Shown here: in pieces, positions 1 to 27,200 of the stretch | Layout: every line of letters starts with the position of its first letter | Position numbering within the stretch: the stretch's first letter is position 1 | Assembly (NCBI GenBank): GCA_002633005.1 | Contig: NMRA01000358.1 | Location: forward strand, 186,001 to 250,000 | Direction of reading: 5' to 3' | Source of the DNA: Phoronis australis | Taxonomy: Eukaryota; Animalia; Phoronida | DNA length: 64,000 nucleotides | Translations under genes and position numbers: made by a program | The notes under the pieces: model-generated | What the model was told of the DNA's origin: nothing | Databases searched by the model: none | The model's input: only the letters and a program-made list of their open reading frames with translations

Positions 1-427
1 CTGGCAAAGTTGAGACATATAGCAGAGGGTGTGCACCAGAACATACATGTACTGCTTCCACAAATGTAACTTCCTTTTCGACACCTTGATTACAAATTGC
101 TTCTCCAAGTACTGACATGTCTAGATCTGATGTGTTATGCCATGAAATGCACCATCTCACCTGGCTTTACATTTGGCTACCAATTTTAACCCAGAATTTC
201 GTTTACTTGCATTTCACAACATAGTACGGCACATTACATTATTAAGTTAAAGTGGCAATTCCAGTGCCCAACAATTTTTGCATGATTATTTAGACAAGAA
301 AACATTGTTATATCTTACAGAGCCACACACCCGCATGTGCTTCCTATTCAAATGGATAACACCAGCTGATAATCTAGAAGAGTCAACTGCTAAGTGCGAC
401 TATTGCACAATAGATGTCATCTTTGCA

Positions 428-14686
<14,259 letters not shown>

Positions 14687-14839
14687 CTTGTGTTGGATTG
14701 ATCAGTCCAGTGACCTGCAACATCACCAACATGTAGGCCACCTCGTCTCTCTGGCTGACGCTCTGAAATCATTATCAACACAGCGTTGACCCCTTGACCT
14801 TATTTAACCTAGCTTGAGTTTCGCACATGTAAGACACTC

Positions 14840-15240
14840 GCAAAAACAGCCAATAGCAATCACGTGCTTTGCCAGGAAATTTGTAGCTAGATCTCGCGAG
14901 TTACATTGGAAGCATTGGGTTTGGTGAGGGTCTCGTGTCTACAGAACACGCAGTTGCTCACTGCACTTGCACAGATGTGTAGTGATTTACAAGTGGACGA
15001 TTTTGTGTGCTAAGTCATGAGAAAGAAAGTTTGTAATCAGTATATTTTGACACCAACAGAAAATCCTGGCACATTAAAAGTAATTTAAGAGTACGATTTT
15101 CACAAACTGGCGAGTCACCAGTGTTCAAAGTGCAAGTCTGGTTGTGTAAAAGGCGAATCGCCAGAGGCTGACCAGGCGAGAGGTCGGTGAAACGTGCTCA
15201 CCTTTCTTTACACTCTTCTCCTGGCGTTAAGAAAAAAAAG
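14840..15240. promoter_or_regulatory. Shared (bidirectional) promoter / 5' region of the two head-to-head genes
   Basis: About 550 bp separate the two start codons. The region is locally CpG-rich, with CCAAT (14850-14854), E-box CACGTG (14861-14866) and TCTCGCGAG (14892-14900). Transcription start sites cannot be located from sequence. Confidence 0.6.
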
Positions 15241-18200
15241 TAAGTTACGCAACTCGTGCATGACTTGAGATCCTTTGACCTCAGTTGAATATTATGCTTA
15301 TTTATCAAATGAAGTTAGGATGGTGCCGACATGAACCTCGGACCATGTGTTTAGTAACCCTGTAGTGAATATTGGTCAGCGTTATGAACTGACCGGTCTG
15401 GCACCCTATCATGGGTACCCATGTCTAGATTTTCTGCAGTTACAACCATCACCTCAAATCTCAGTGCTCTGCTTATTGGACCTGTCTATTGTATTTAAAG
15501 ATCCCTTATAAAACAAATGAAGTGAAAATTAACATAATCAACAGTCGACAAACCAAAGTTTTTTTGGATGCTATTTAAAGTTGTTATTTCAGTAATTCAT
15601 GGCTAGTTCTCTGATTTTTAATATTCAAAAAGATATGTCTGTGAAGGCTATTTTTTCAAAGTTTTAGGTTAAGCTTTTGTAGACCTCTTAAGCTGTCTCA
15701 TCAGATAAGATCAATAAAAGCGGCTAATTGCCAGTTCTCACAATAGATCAGTCTATAGGTGCATTATAGGGAATGGAGCCTCTACACTGGGCACCTCACT
15801 ATACTGTCCATCCCCCTCCCTCTTGGTCACCGGACACTCATTTTAGTCTTCCCCCCCAACCCGCATTTCCTTGTTCCCCTAATTCCCCTATTCATTTACC
15901 AGTGCCCCCAGCTAGGCTGCCTGCCAGCATTATAATTTTGGCAATAGTCTGATATAATGTGCCTACATTTTGAGAATGAATTGATGCCTCTTACTCATGT
16001 GGAGAAAACTGGTACTACATTAATAAATTGTCCAATTAGCTCGAATGCAAATTCTTTTATCGTATTTGCATAAGTAGTGCCTGACCAGCTCATCACCAAT
16101 ACATACAGTTGCCTTAAATAAACATTGTTTAGTAATGATAAGGTGGACCTGGATAGTGTAGTCTGCCGTTAATTGCTTTCCTGTATAGATAGCATGTATA
16201 CTGACAAGTGGGTTCTTATTGTCCAAGTTTCTCTGTATTGTTCAGTTGTATAGGTTACAGCTGACTTCTGTTTTCCCTCATTTCAGTGTTAAGGACAGCC
16301 TCCAGAATCCTCACTCAACATCTACAGTTACGGGGAAGGCAGCCAACTTGGTCTCAAGTCACGTGTGGACTTAGTGGTAACTTTTATGAAAGCGTGAAAT
16401 CAGGCCATTTCTTAAACCGACTGTCAACCAGGTTGTCTTGTTAGTTTCTGAGCAAACGTAGCTGCTCTCGAAAGCACTATAATTTGTTTGTTCCATCTGT
16501 TTCAACTGGAATTGCATGTGATCATTTGGAATTCCCCTGTCGACCATACTGCCTTCGTGACTTACGTGATTGGGACAAGTAATGCTGTGGGCGTGGTCTG
16601 ATGCGATAATGGACTGTCAGTAACTTTTCTCAAGTGGAGTTCAGAAACCATTTCTAATCTAAGTATAAGAAACAAGATGCCCGTTTATGGTTATGTTAGA
16701 CTTTATTGTCAAGTGGGGATTTAGCTTAATATCTACTGAACCATAGAGTTTAACTCGGTGAAGTATATATTTCTAAAAGTAAAAAGTCTGTTGGGTTTGA
16801 TTTTTGACTTTTCAGTGAACTACATTTGAGTTAGTGTGTTTTCTGTATTATCACATAGAAAGTTGTCATTTTATGCAACTTATGTTTTTTTTCATTAAAA
16901 TCATGATATCCCTATTTTTGATAGTGGAACATTTTAAAAACCACTCCTAATTCTGTTTTGGTAAACAATGCATAAACATAATATCTGAAAGTTTCAGTTA
17001 AATACGCTCAAATCATTTCTGAAATATGATATTCTATAGTGTAGACATTATACTGGCATCCTAAAGCTGCATTTTGTCCTGTTTAGCTGGTTGAAAACAA
17101 AAATTGATTGGACCTTTTACAGTGCATAAAATATAGCATCAGAAAGTTTCATAATATGAATCGTATCGGCCATTTCTGAGATGATCCAAAGGTTGCTAAA
17201 TTTGGCCATTTTTCTAGTGTCCTGCATGCCCTTAAGGTTTTGGTATTAAAATTGAATCTTACCATGTCTAAGACTATTCCGTTTTGTATATTTTCTCATG
17301 ATTCCTACTATATGCTAATTTTTGAGTAAGTAATGTTTTTCTTTGTGCAGGTTTGGTAGAAGTCTCCGAGGAGGTGAGCCAGGCTGTCCACAGCAATGAT
17401 GCTGTCGTTGCCTTGGAGACCACAATTGTCACACATGGAATGCCATCTCCAGACAATTTACAGTAAAGTATACAATACCTCAATGTGCTCATATCCTTTC
17501 GTGTTACATAGACACTTTGGTTACTTTGTTGTATTCATTCAGAAACTCTTCAAGTCATTTTGCATTGTGTCATAGTATGGTGGACATTCTCCAATTTGGA
17601 ACAGTGTAAAAATTATTACTTTCATGCTAAAGACTGGAGCTTGAACTAAGTTTTAGAAGTAGGCAATACTGGTCGTCTCAAGTTCAAGAATTACCAAAGT
17701 TGAAACCATATCCGAAATTCTGGAATTATATGTTACGATATAGGCAACACATTTTCAATGTTGCCATTATACTTTCCGACACAACACCATTGGGAATCGC
17801 ATTGCTAACTTTGTGCATGAGTGATTTGGCATCGTGATTAAAAATCAGAACAAATGTGTAAACAGGTAAAGCACCCTCGAGGAACCCAACTTATTGAATA
17901 GCCGCATGCCGTTGATCTGTCATCATTATCAATTTCCAACTCTGCTGATACAAAACTCATTGTCTGAAATTTGAGAAATGTGACGAACGCCAAAAATTGC
18001 TTGGTCCAACTACTGTGGTGCCCCCTAATGACATTTTGCATCTGCTAAACTCCTTGCCATTCTCCTTGCAGTATGTTTTGGGAATTTGGAAAGTGTATTC
18101 CTATTAATCTGACAACAGATGGACGGATCAGGCTCCCTCTTTGCCTCCTATTGGCAACTCTTTTTTCATGTTCACCTCTGTATTATTTGGAGCTCTGTGA

Positions 18201-21200
18201 TGGATTTTCATGAAATTTAGCAAATAGTTTTCTTCTTGGGAGATGATGACATCTTCTCATTTTTGGACGGGTTTGACATATTCTGCGGCATTCAATATAC
18301 ACATCTAGAAGCACACCATTTACAGTGAAGACGAGGACGCATTTCAATGTTTTGCATTAATTACTCTTGTTAAAAAATTCATTTCCTTTAAAACAAAGTG
18401 AAGTCAATGTTGTAATGAATCCAAACACTCTAAAATTCTAGGATGTTTCTCATAGTTGGTGTTAACTGATGACAGTGTTGGCAGCAAGGCTGTTGTTCAT
18501 CATTTGCATTGTCATGGATGTCATGAGCATTGTCATCTATGTTGTCACTACCTTTATCTTCATACTCCCCTTTTCTGTCTATTTTGCCAGGTGTTGCTCT
18601 GTTGGAGTGCACTCAATTCTTTGTTTTTAATTTCAGAGTGGCTTTAGAAGTTGAACAGATAATACGTGATACAGGAGCAGTGCCAGCAACGGTAGCAGTG
18701 TTGGAGGGAGTCTTACGTGTTGGTCTGTCTCAACAACAGTTGACTCAAGTAGCTGACTACCCTGCACCATGCAAGGTGTCCAGGAGGGATTTGGCTTATG
18801 CGCTCAGTCAGGTCATAGCAGTTTGTAGTGCAGGCGTGTCGTTTTTCTTTATTAAGTGTCGGTGAATGATAGAAATTGTGTTTTGTCAACTCAAACTGTC
18901 TTGCATACCAGAATTGGAAAATGGGTTTAGTCAAAACCACATGTGTGTTCTGGTGAAGCTTACCAACTGAATATTAAGCGCTATTGTCACTTGAGTCATG
19001 ATGAGATTTATAGTACCTCATAGGTATGTTTTGCATAATGCTACATTTCATTGGGAAATGATCAGTTGTGGTTCAAGTGTTGTTGACCCATAATGCACTG
19101 TAACTGGAGGTGTGTGCACTTTGAGGTGACGTGGTTGGTTGTTCCTCTAAGTACTATGCATAGTTTTGTGGAAAATGGTGATGCACACTATTCAATTTTT
19201 ATCGGACATTCTTTGTAGAATTACTCTAACTCCGTGATGGCTTTTGTGAAGCATTTGATCTTGACTTTGCTATCCTTTTGATGAACTAGCATTCAATTTT
19301 CATTGTCAGAGTTTGTGAACATTCAGCAACTTATTCGTTCTTTTTTATTGTAAACAGTGAAATTTGTGGTACAGAGTTCTGAAAACATGGACAGGAATGA
19401 TCGCAAACTATGACTGAATGGTAGCTGTTCAACTGAAAATGGTGGCTATGAAAATGGATGTGGAAACACATTGTATTTTCATGCCCTTTGGATGCAACTA
19501 ACTGAACCCTACAATTGTATCTGTATCTCTGTTTCAGAACACCGGGTAATTTTCAACATTTCTACTTGTGCAGTAGAAATTAAAACAAAATTGTTTTGCT
19601 ATGTGAGCAGAAAATTTTGTACAAAAATGTGTATGCTGGGCTTTTGAACCATTGCATAATGTTTGGTATTACAGAAGTTGACAGGTGGCACCACTGTGTC
19701 TGGTACCATGATTGCTGCACACTTGGCTGGTATACATCTGTTTGTGACTGGTGGGATAGGGGGTGTTCACCGAGGTGCTGAAACAAGTAAGTCAACTCGG
19801 TGACGTTCTTTTTCAAGATTTTAAAACTGGACATAGACTTCAAGACTGAATGACATGATTTAATGCTAGCTCACCACTTAAGCCTACAATTTGGTCATAG
19901 CACTGATTACTAGACATGGGTTTGCTTATCACAATTAAGCTGAAAATTGTTACTGGAGTCAACAAAAGTTCCCAATGATGCTTACCACAGCTGAACACAC
20001 ATGCAGTTCATCTCTATTGCATGAGTCAATCTAAAGCTGTTTCCAAACTTGTTGGGCCAACTCGTCAACAGCACTAGGTAGAGTGTACACCACTAAACAA
20101 GATATATTCCAGTCAGTGGATTTTAAGTATTAAGTGATGAATATGAATCTCAAGCCATGTGCCAACAATGTCCTTCCATTGCTTATAATATGCACATGTT
20201 GCGGCTAAGTTTTTCCTGTTTGATTTTGGCAGCTTTTGACATTAGTGCTGACCTGACAGAGCTGGGTAGGACCCCTGTGACTGTGGTCTCTGCAGGGGTA
20301 AAGTCCATCTTAGACATTGAAAAAACCCTGGAGTACTTGGTGAGTTTATAGCTTAGCCTACCGTCCGGGCAGACTGCTTCCCTTGTCAGTCTCTCTAGGC
20401 ACTTGTGTCTCCTGCTTTGTGCACATTCTTTGTGGGCTATCCCCCTTCTATTTTATGCACTCTCTCGCTGATCTATCCATCTAGTGACATGAGTCTCCTT
20501 CTTTGTGTCCATTCTTCCTGGTATGTCCCTCTAGTCATGTGTGTCTACTGCTGTCTACTTTGTGCACATTCTTTCTCATCCACCTGACAGTAGAATCTAG
20601 TTGTGATAATCTTTAGATCAACACCAGGTTCTTTTTTTTAATAATTTTTTGCAATTCATTGTAGTGCCACCATGGTCTATATAATATATTTCACATTTAA
20701 TTGCTGTAAATGTGTAACTTACACCTAGTCAACTGAACCAAAATGACATTTTGTAGCCGTGTGCTTATTGCTTGTTGTTGGTGCTTCACTTCTACTGCTC
20801 AGTGCACAGCCTATCCAGGTTGACCTCTTTACAAATAGAGTGAGTTGTCATCAGCACAATAGGACATCGAACCTGGGGCGTGAAAAAAGGATTATACAGC
20901 CGATGCCTGCTCTAGAATGTGCAGCGTCAGATTTCATTAATACTTGAATGACCAGTTACACCTATTTGTTGCTTTGTTTGTTGGTGCTTGCATGTGTATT
21001 ATTTTATTTTAGGAGACTCAGGGTGTCTTTGTTGGGACATATGGCACAGACACGTTCCCTTCATTCTTCACTGCAGACAGTGGGTACAAGTCACCTCACT
21101 CCTTCGACAATGTGGCCGATATAGCTCGTACTATAGGTCTGTTGACTGTGAAATTCATCATGTGTCTAGTTTTTGATATGTTTAATGATGAAGTCACCAC

Positions 21201-24200
21201 CCATCCTCGGGGTACCATAAGTTTTAGGTTTTACTATGATCATAACCCAACATATATATGTTGTATCAGGATTGTCGTAGTTATCTGTTGAAAGCCAAAA
21301 TAGCTCACGGTAGGGAGTAAGTGTTACAACAGAGTACATAGTTTCAGCTTCAAGACTTTACTGGTGCTTTTTGGGACATAATGCTGAAGTGCTTATTTAT
21401 AATTACCAATGTTTACTTTCTGTCGGACTGCTTTTTTACAATTTATCAACACAGTTAATCATATGCTGTGACATGTATACAACAGTAACCCAGTTATGAG
21501 TGCGATTTCAAACTAGCACCTTTTTTACAGTTTTTTAGTGTCATTTGCCTTGCAAACTAGGCAACATCATTTGATATTCCAGCCAATGAAATTACCATGC
21601 ATGAGTGGGTTAACACCTATGTTTGATATGCAAATTGCAAATTTTCACTCTTAAATGGCCATGCTCAGCACTGCACCCAGCCTCAGTTTATCTGATCAAC
21701 ATTCCCTTGAAAGCATTCTGTGCTTTGTGAACACCCGTCTAGCACTAATTTTGGCTATCAAAATGTAAATAACTGGCTTACCCCCTTTGATTTATAAATA
21801 ATCACTGTTTCAATTCCACCTTTCCTTTTGTATCCGGTCTGCAGTATTTGTTCTGATCCTCCCAAAATAATCTTCAATCAGTGTTTGTGACATCCAGAGT
21901 AAATGTTAATTGTGGTTCTTGTACAAGTATCAGAAACAGACCGAATTTATCGTGTAAAATCCCATGTTTAACGCGCGCCAGCTGATTTGTAAGTGCATTG
22001 TTGTCCAGGCATTAAACTTCAGTCGAGTTGAAATGTTTCAAAACCTTTCTCGATATCTATTTGGTCACCTGTGGTTCAAGTCACTGTTAATAATGTTTCT
22101 GATAATACTTGCTGCATGCACCTGTCAAAGCTTATTAAGAAAGGTTGCTGCTATCATCTCGTTTATAATACACCTAGCAGTCCTAACCTTTTCCAATCTT
22201 GGCATCGTTAATTTCGTTTTAATCTTCTTATGCATGCTCTGGATTGCCTCATAATTTGAAAATACATGAAAACAAGAAGAAACATTCCTTATGAACTGAT
22301 CATGTGGTTAACAACTCGATGTCATTGCTCAGTTAACCGATATGTGTGTGCTGCTTCATGCGTGATTCTCATTTTAGTTGTATGTATTTCAAGCATGTAA
22401 CCTGTCCTTGGGTCTGAAGTCTGGCATGTTGATTGGTGTTCCCCTGCCCAAACAGTTTGAGGCATCTGGTGACCTGATTCAGTCCACTATAGAGCAAGCT
22501 GTTTTAGAGGCCAGGTCAGCTTGTTTTGTTCTAGAACTCTTCCTGTCTTCAACTTATCTTGGTTAGGTTAAACACTTTAAGAAAGTTCAAAATTTTGGCA
22601 TTATTTTTACAAAAAATGCATGATTGGCTAGTTAGCCAAAGCATTATTGTTAGCTGTTGTCACCCTAGCCAAAACCGATTATGGGTGCAACTTTTCCAAA
22701 GTGATGCAGTTTGTGTCAGCCAGGTTCTGCCCTCTTGGATTAGTTACATAATATAATACAAGCAATGTTTGGTCTCTTACCCGTCATTGTGTTTCCACAG
22801 TGAAAAGGAACACAATCACAAGATGCATAGGGGGGAAAGTTTCTTTGCAATTGCCTTAGTTGGTACTCGTGATAGATCTTCATGAAATTTGGAAAAAAAA
22901 TTCACATAGATGACAGCACCTGCCCCAATTCAGATGGATTTTACTTATATATGCTGTGCACCCTATTGAACTTTTTGTTATTTGTTATCTGCCTCCTTGT
23001 CATTCAAACTGCTTGAAGAATCTCGAAGAAATGTGGTATTTTTGTTCCCATTGAAGATATTATTGATGACTTGCTTTGCACCCCCTAAAGATTGGTTTAC
23101 TAGCATTGCTCCCTTTACTCGTAATGTTTGAAACAAGGATCATTCCTTGTATCTACACTATGTGATGCACACGTTGGGAGCATATCAATGGTTGTTTAAC
23201 ATCGTAGTGAGAGGAGTTGTCTTCACTTTTGAATATTTGTTCATATTTACAGTGAGAAGGGTGTCAAAGGTAAAGCTGTTACTCCGTTTGTACTGGGGCG
23301 AGTGAATGAGCTGACTGCGGGACAGTCACTAGAGTCTAGTATCCCTGTTCACTTAAGTGGTACTAACAAGAATATGCTTACTATGCTTATGGGTGTTGTG
23401 TAATGTGTACAGTGCTGGTTGTTGTTTTTTCTACTTGGCGTAGCTTTCATTCAAAACTCAGAAGGCTTCTTTTAATGAACTGAATAAACATCGATGAGAG
23501 AGGTTTCACTATATAATTCCACTGTATAATCAGTTCCTTAAACTAATTTCTCTGACTTTCATAAAAAACAATAATCTACATTGTTTTTAAACTTCTGTGA
23601 ATTGTGAATTACTGTTCTTTAGTTAAATTGTGTTGCAAGCTATGCTGTCCTTAACGCTGATCTCAGATAAAAGACTTATTAAAAACAATGCCGCTGTGGG
23701 TTCACAAATTGCTGTTCAGTTGTCCAAAATTAAGAAAAACTCATCCAGCATATTGGGTCAGGCCATGAATCAACAGCCCAGTTTCACACAGCGGAGGTCA
23801 TACTCACAGTGGGGCTTCAAGAGTGGACGACCTGTGAGTATAGACTGAATGTATAGATGGCCAGTGAGTATCAACTAATTGTATTAGGTAGTCAGTGAGC
23901 AGACTGGTTGTATATTAGACAAAGAGTTAACTGTCCAATTACATGCACGGCCATTGTGTCACTTAATGTAAAGTCAGCTACTTCCTTTGTATAGATTTAT
24001 GCAGTCTTGTAGACAAAGTATAGACTTCTTGTACTTATTGTATGGATGGCCTTTTGTATCACTCTGTCATTTAGGCTAATTCTCCTAGTACAGCGTCATT
24101 CAGTTACTAATATAGTATGAAGTCATGTCACTCACGTGACTCGTTCAGCCTCTTGTATTTTCAGGTTGTAGTGGGAGGGTTAGTTGTGGACTTTGTGATT

Positions 24201-27200
24201 ACAGCTGAAAGTGACAAGATCCAGGTAATTTGTATTAGACATCAATGCCATGTTGAGACTTTTTGTTCAAGACCTTTAGATGTGCACTGTTACAGCCTAT
24301 TTGTACTTCGTTACTACCGTATTGTCAAGACATTCAAGCCTAGTTGCAGACAGGACATACCGTGTTACTTCTTTTTGACTTTAGGAGTACCTTCGGGCAT
24401 TTGTAGAAATTCTTAAATTGTAGTACCACCTAAAGATATCTTCGTCTTCTCATTGTCTAGTTCCAAGGTGCCACATATCCTGGGAGTGTACGCCAGTCGT
24501 TCGGTGGAGTCGCCCGTAACGTGGCTGATGGCCTTTCCAGACTCGAATGTAATCCCCTGCTGATCAGCGTGATTGGAGATGACATTCAGTCTGAAGCATT
24601 CCGTCACTATGCCAGTCACATGGTGAGTGTGCTGTACCTTTTAACAGACTTCAGTCACGAGTGAAATACGTTTAATTTTCGTTATGTTCATAGACTTGAT
24701 TTGGTAAAAATGCATTTCACCCTGTTTAGCTGGCTAAAATATGAAAATTGAATAACACCTTTCTTTCTCATGAAATTGGTCTCGTAATATTCGTTAGTTT
24801 GACAAGATTCTATTTTTGTTACCAACGAGAACATTGAAATCATTAAGAGAAAATGTTATTCTGAACATACAGACTCTACAGAAGCCATTATATTAAATGT
24901 TCAACATTACTTGCTTAGGAGTGCATTTCTTGTTAAAGTGAAAGTATTATACTGATTCATTTACTAGTCCCAGAATTTAAAACAAATTACTAAGAAGAAT
25001 ATTTTTCATATGATTATACTGGGCCCATGGCCTTGTGTGCTGATCGTGAACAGTATAAAATAATTAGCTGGATCTGCACAAAGCTTACCTCATGTTATCA
25101 CAATTCACATTTTTATGTGACTTGGTAACGTTTTTACATATTTTGCAATTCAGGGGATTTATCTTCTTCGCTGCTGACATTTTTCCTATGCATTGTGAGA
25201 TGGTTGTGGGCTCACAAACATCTGATGACGTCACAGATAACTTGGTGACGCGTAAAGAATATGACGAAAAACACTTGTGACTTGCGTGCGTCAGAATTGA
25301 GAACTTGTGTCCACTGCAACATACGTCTTAGCGTTGGTATGACAAAGCAACCTTTTGAAAAATAAAGGCACTGAAAACGAGCCTCGAAGACATCTAATAA
25401 ATACATAGATTAGTATGTCTTTTATGTGAGAGACTTGAGCCATGCACCATCCCGTACACGGTAAAGTCAAATCCCTAAAACCCAAATTCAGATTACTTTC
25501 TGTGATATGTATGCCACTCATTGTTTACGAGCCCCACAAAGCATTTGAAAATGGCAGCAGCTTCGTAGATGAAATCCCCCAAAGTCAAGCAGTGTTGACT
25601 AGAGCTGAAATACTTTGGGTTTTGGTGCTTTCAGCAAATTTGTGCTTATTTCGACACTTTTGAAATGTTTCTTAATGTCCGTCCTTAACTTATGGATTTG
25701 TACACAGGCACACAGCCCAAAACATAGCACTTAACTAACCTGCTGGCTGTGTGGAGGCTGAAGGGGATGTGAAAATACCCTCTTTTGGTTACTTTCTACG
25801 TGAATTGTTTTGTTTACAGGATTTAAAAGGCATTAAAAGTATAGAGAACCATTCCACACCAAGCTATTATGCCATTTTAGACAAATCCGGTGAACTAATG
25901 TTTGGAGTGGGTGACATGCACCTTCACAGTTTGTTGACCAAGGATTGTGTACGTGATTCTGCTTATGGTTTTGGGTTATTGCTCATCACTGTTGATAGCT
26001 TCATTAAAAAAGTAACTTAACCTTAGTCTTGTTGTATGAAGCGCCATCTATGGCTGTGATAATATACTACTGGTTCTTGTGCACTCACATATACATATCA
26101 GTGTCCAATAATCAGAAATTTATTTTTTCATTTGCCTCTGTATCTATAAGTTCCGTGACAGAATTTTATGAAATTTACCACATAGGTTTCTACTGAGATG
26201 ACAATGCCACTTGCATAATCGGGCACATTCTTCAAATTCTCAACCCCAATTGTGCCAACATATACCTATGTGTGTCTGTAAATTGCCGTCATCTCTGTCT
26301 AAACATTTGATTTCTGCTGTAAACTTTTTGTAGGATATTCACAAAGGGTGGCAGATGCGATTCTGTGAACATGGCCATAAATGACGCTGGTGTTCAGATA
26401 TTACCAGTCGATAAATCTTGTAGCTGTGTCTGGCTGCAGGGATAAAACAAGTTGGTTAAAACACTCAATGCATTTCTGCATGCAAACCCTTCAGCTGGGC
26501 AAATCATCAAAATGCCACAAAAACCTAAGCAGTGAGAGACAATTTTTGTCACAGTTTAATACTGGCCTAACAATCACATTCATTGAATTTTTACACCTCA
26601 GCGCAACAGCATCTGCATTGGTGACGATAATGATGATGATGGCAATGGTGATGTCCTTTTCAGCATCACTATTGGTGTGGGTGGCATCATTTGCATGTTT
26701 GTGAAGTTGTGCGTTAATCTTGAATTAGACACATGCGCCTATATGTGACACACTGCAATAAAACCCAGGATCAAATTTCTAAAATATTTGAATGGAGCTT
26801 ATTAAATTATCCACTTCATAATGTAAGATGGCATACCTTCAATTTAGCACTAAATATTTAATTAAATGTGTTAATTACAGAATGGACAATTAACACTTTG
26901 GTTAAGATATGCAAATATGCATATTTGCCCAGAAGTGAAGCTGGGATGCATATGCAAAAGAATCTAAAAAGATTTTCTTGAAAAATACATTTTTGGGTAT
27001 AGATGCTTGGGTCTATTAATGTCTACTAGTAGCTTTAGACATGCTATAGGTATGCCACCTGCACCTGTTAGTGATAGTTAGGTGCATATACTTACATGCA
27101 AAGTATTTAATGTGTATAAAGATCTTCTTGAAAGAATGCATTATTTCAAATATAGGTGCAGTCAGGCCGATTTATGTGCATTTAAAATATATGTTTTATG

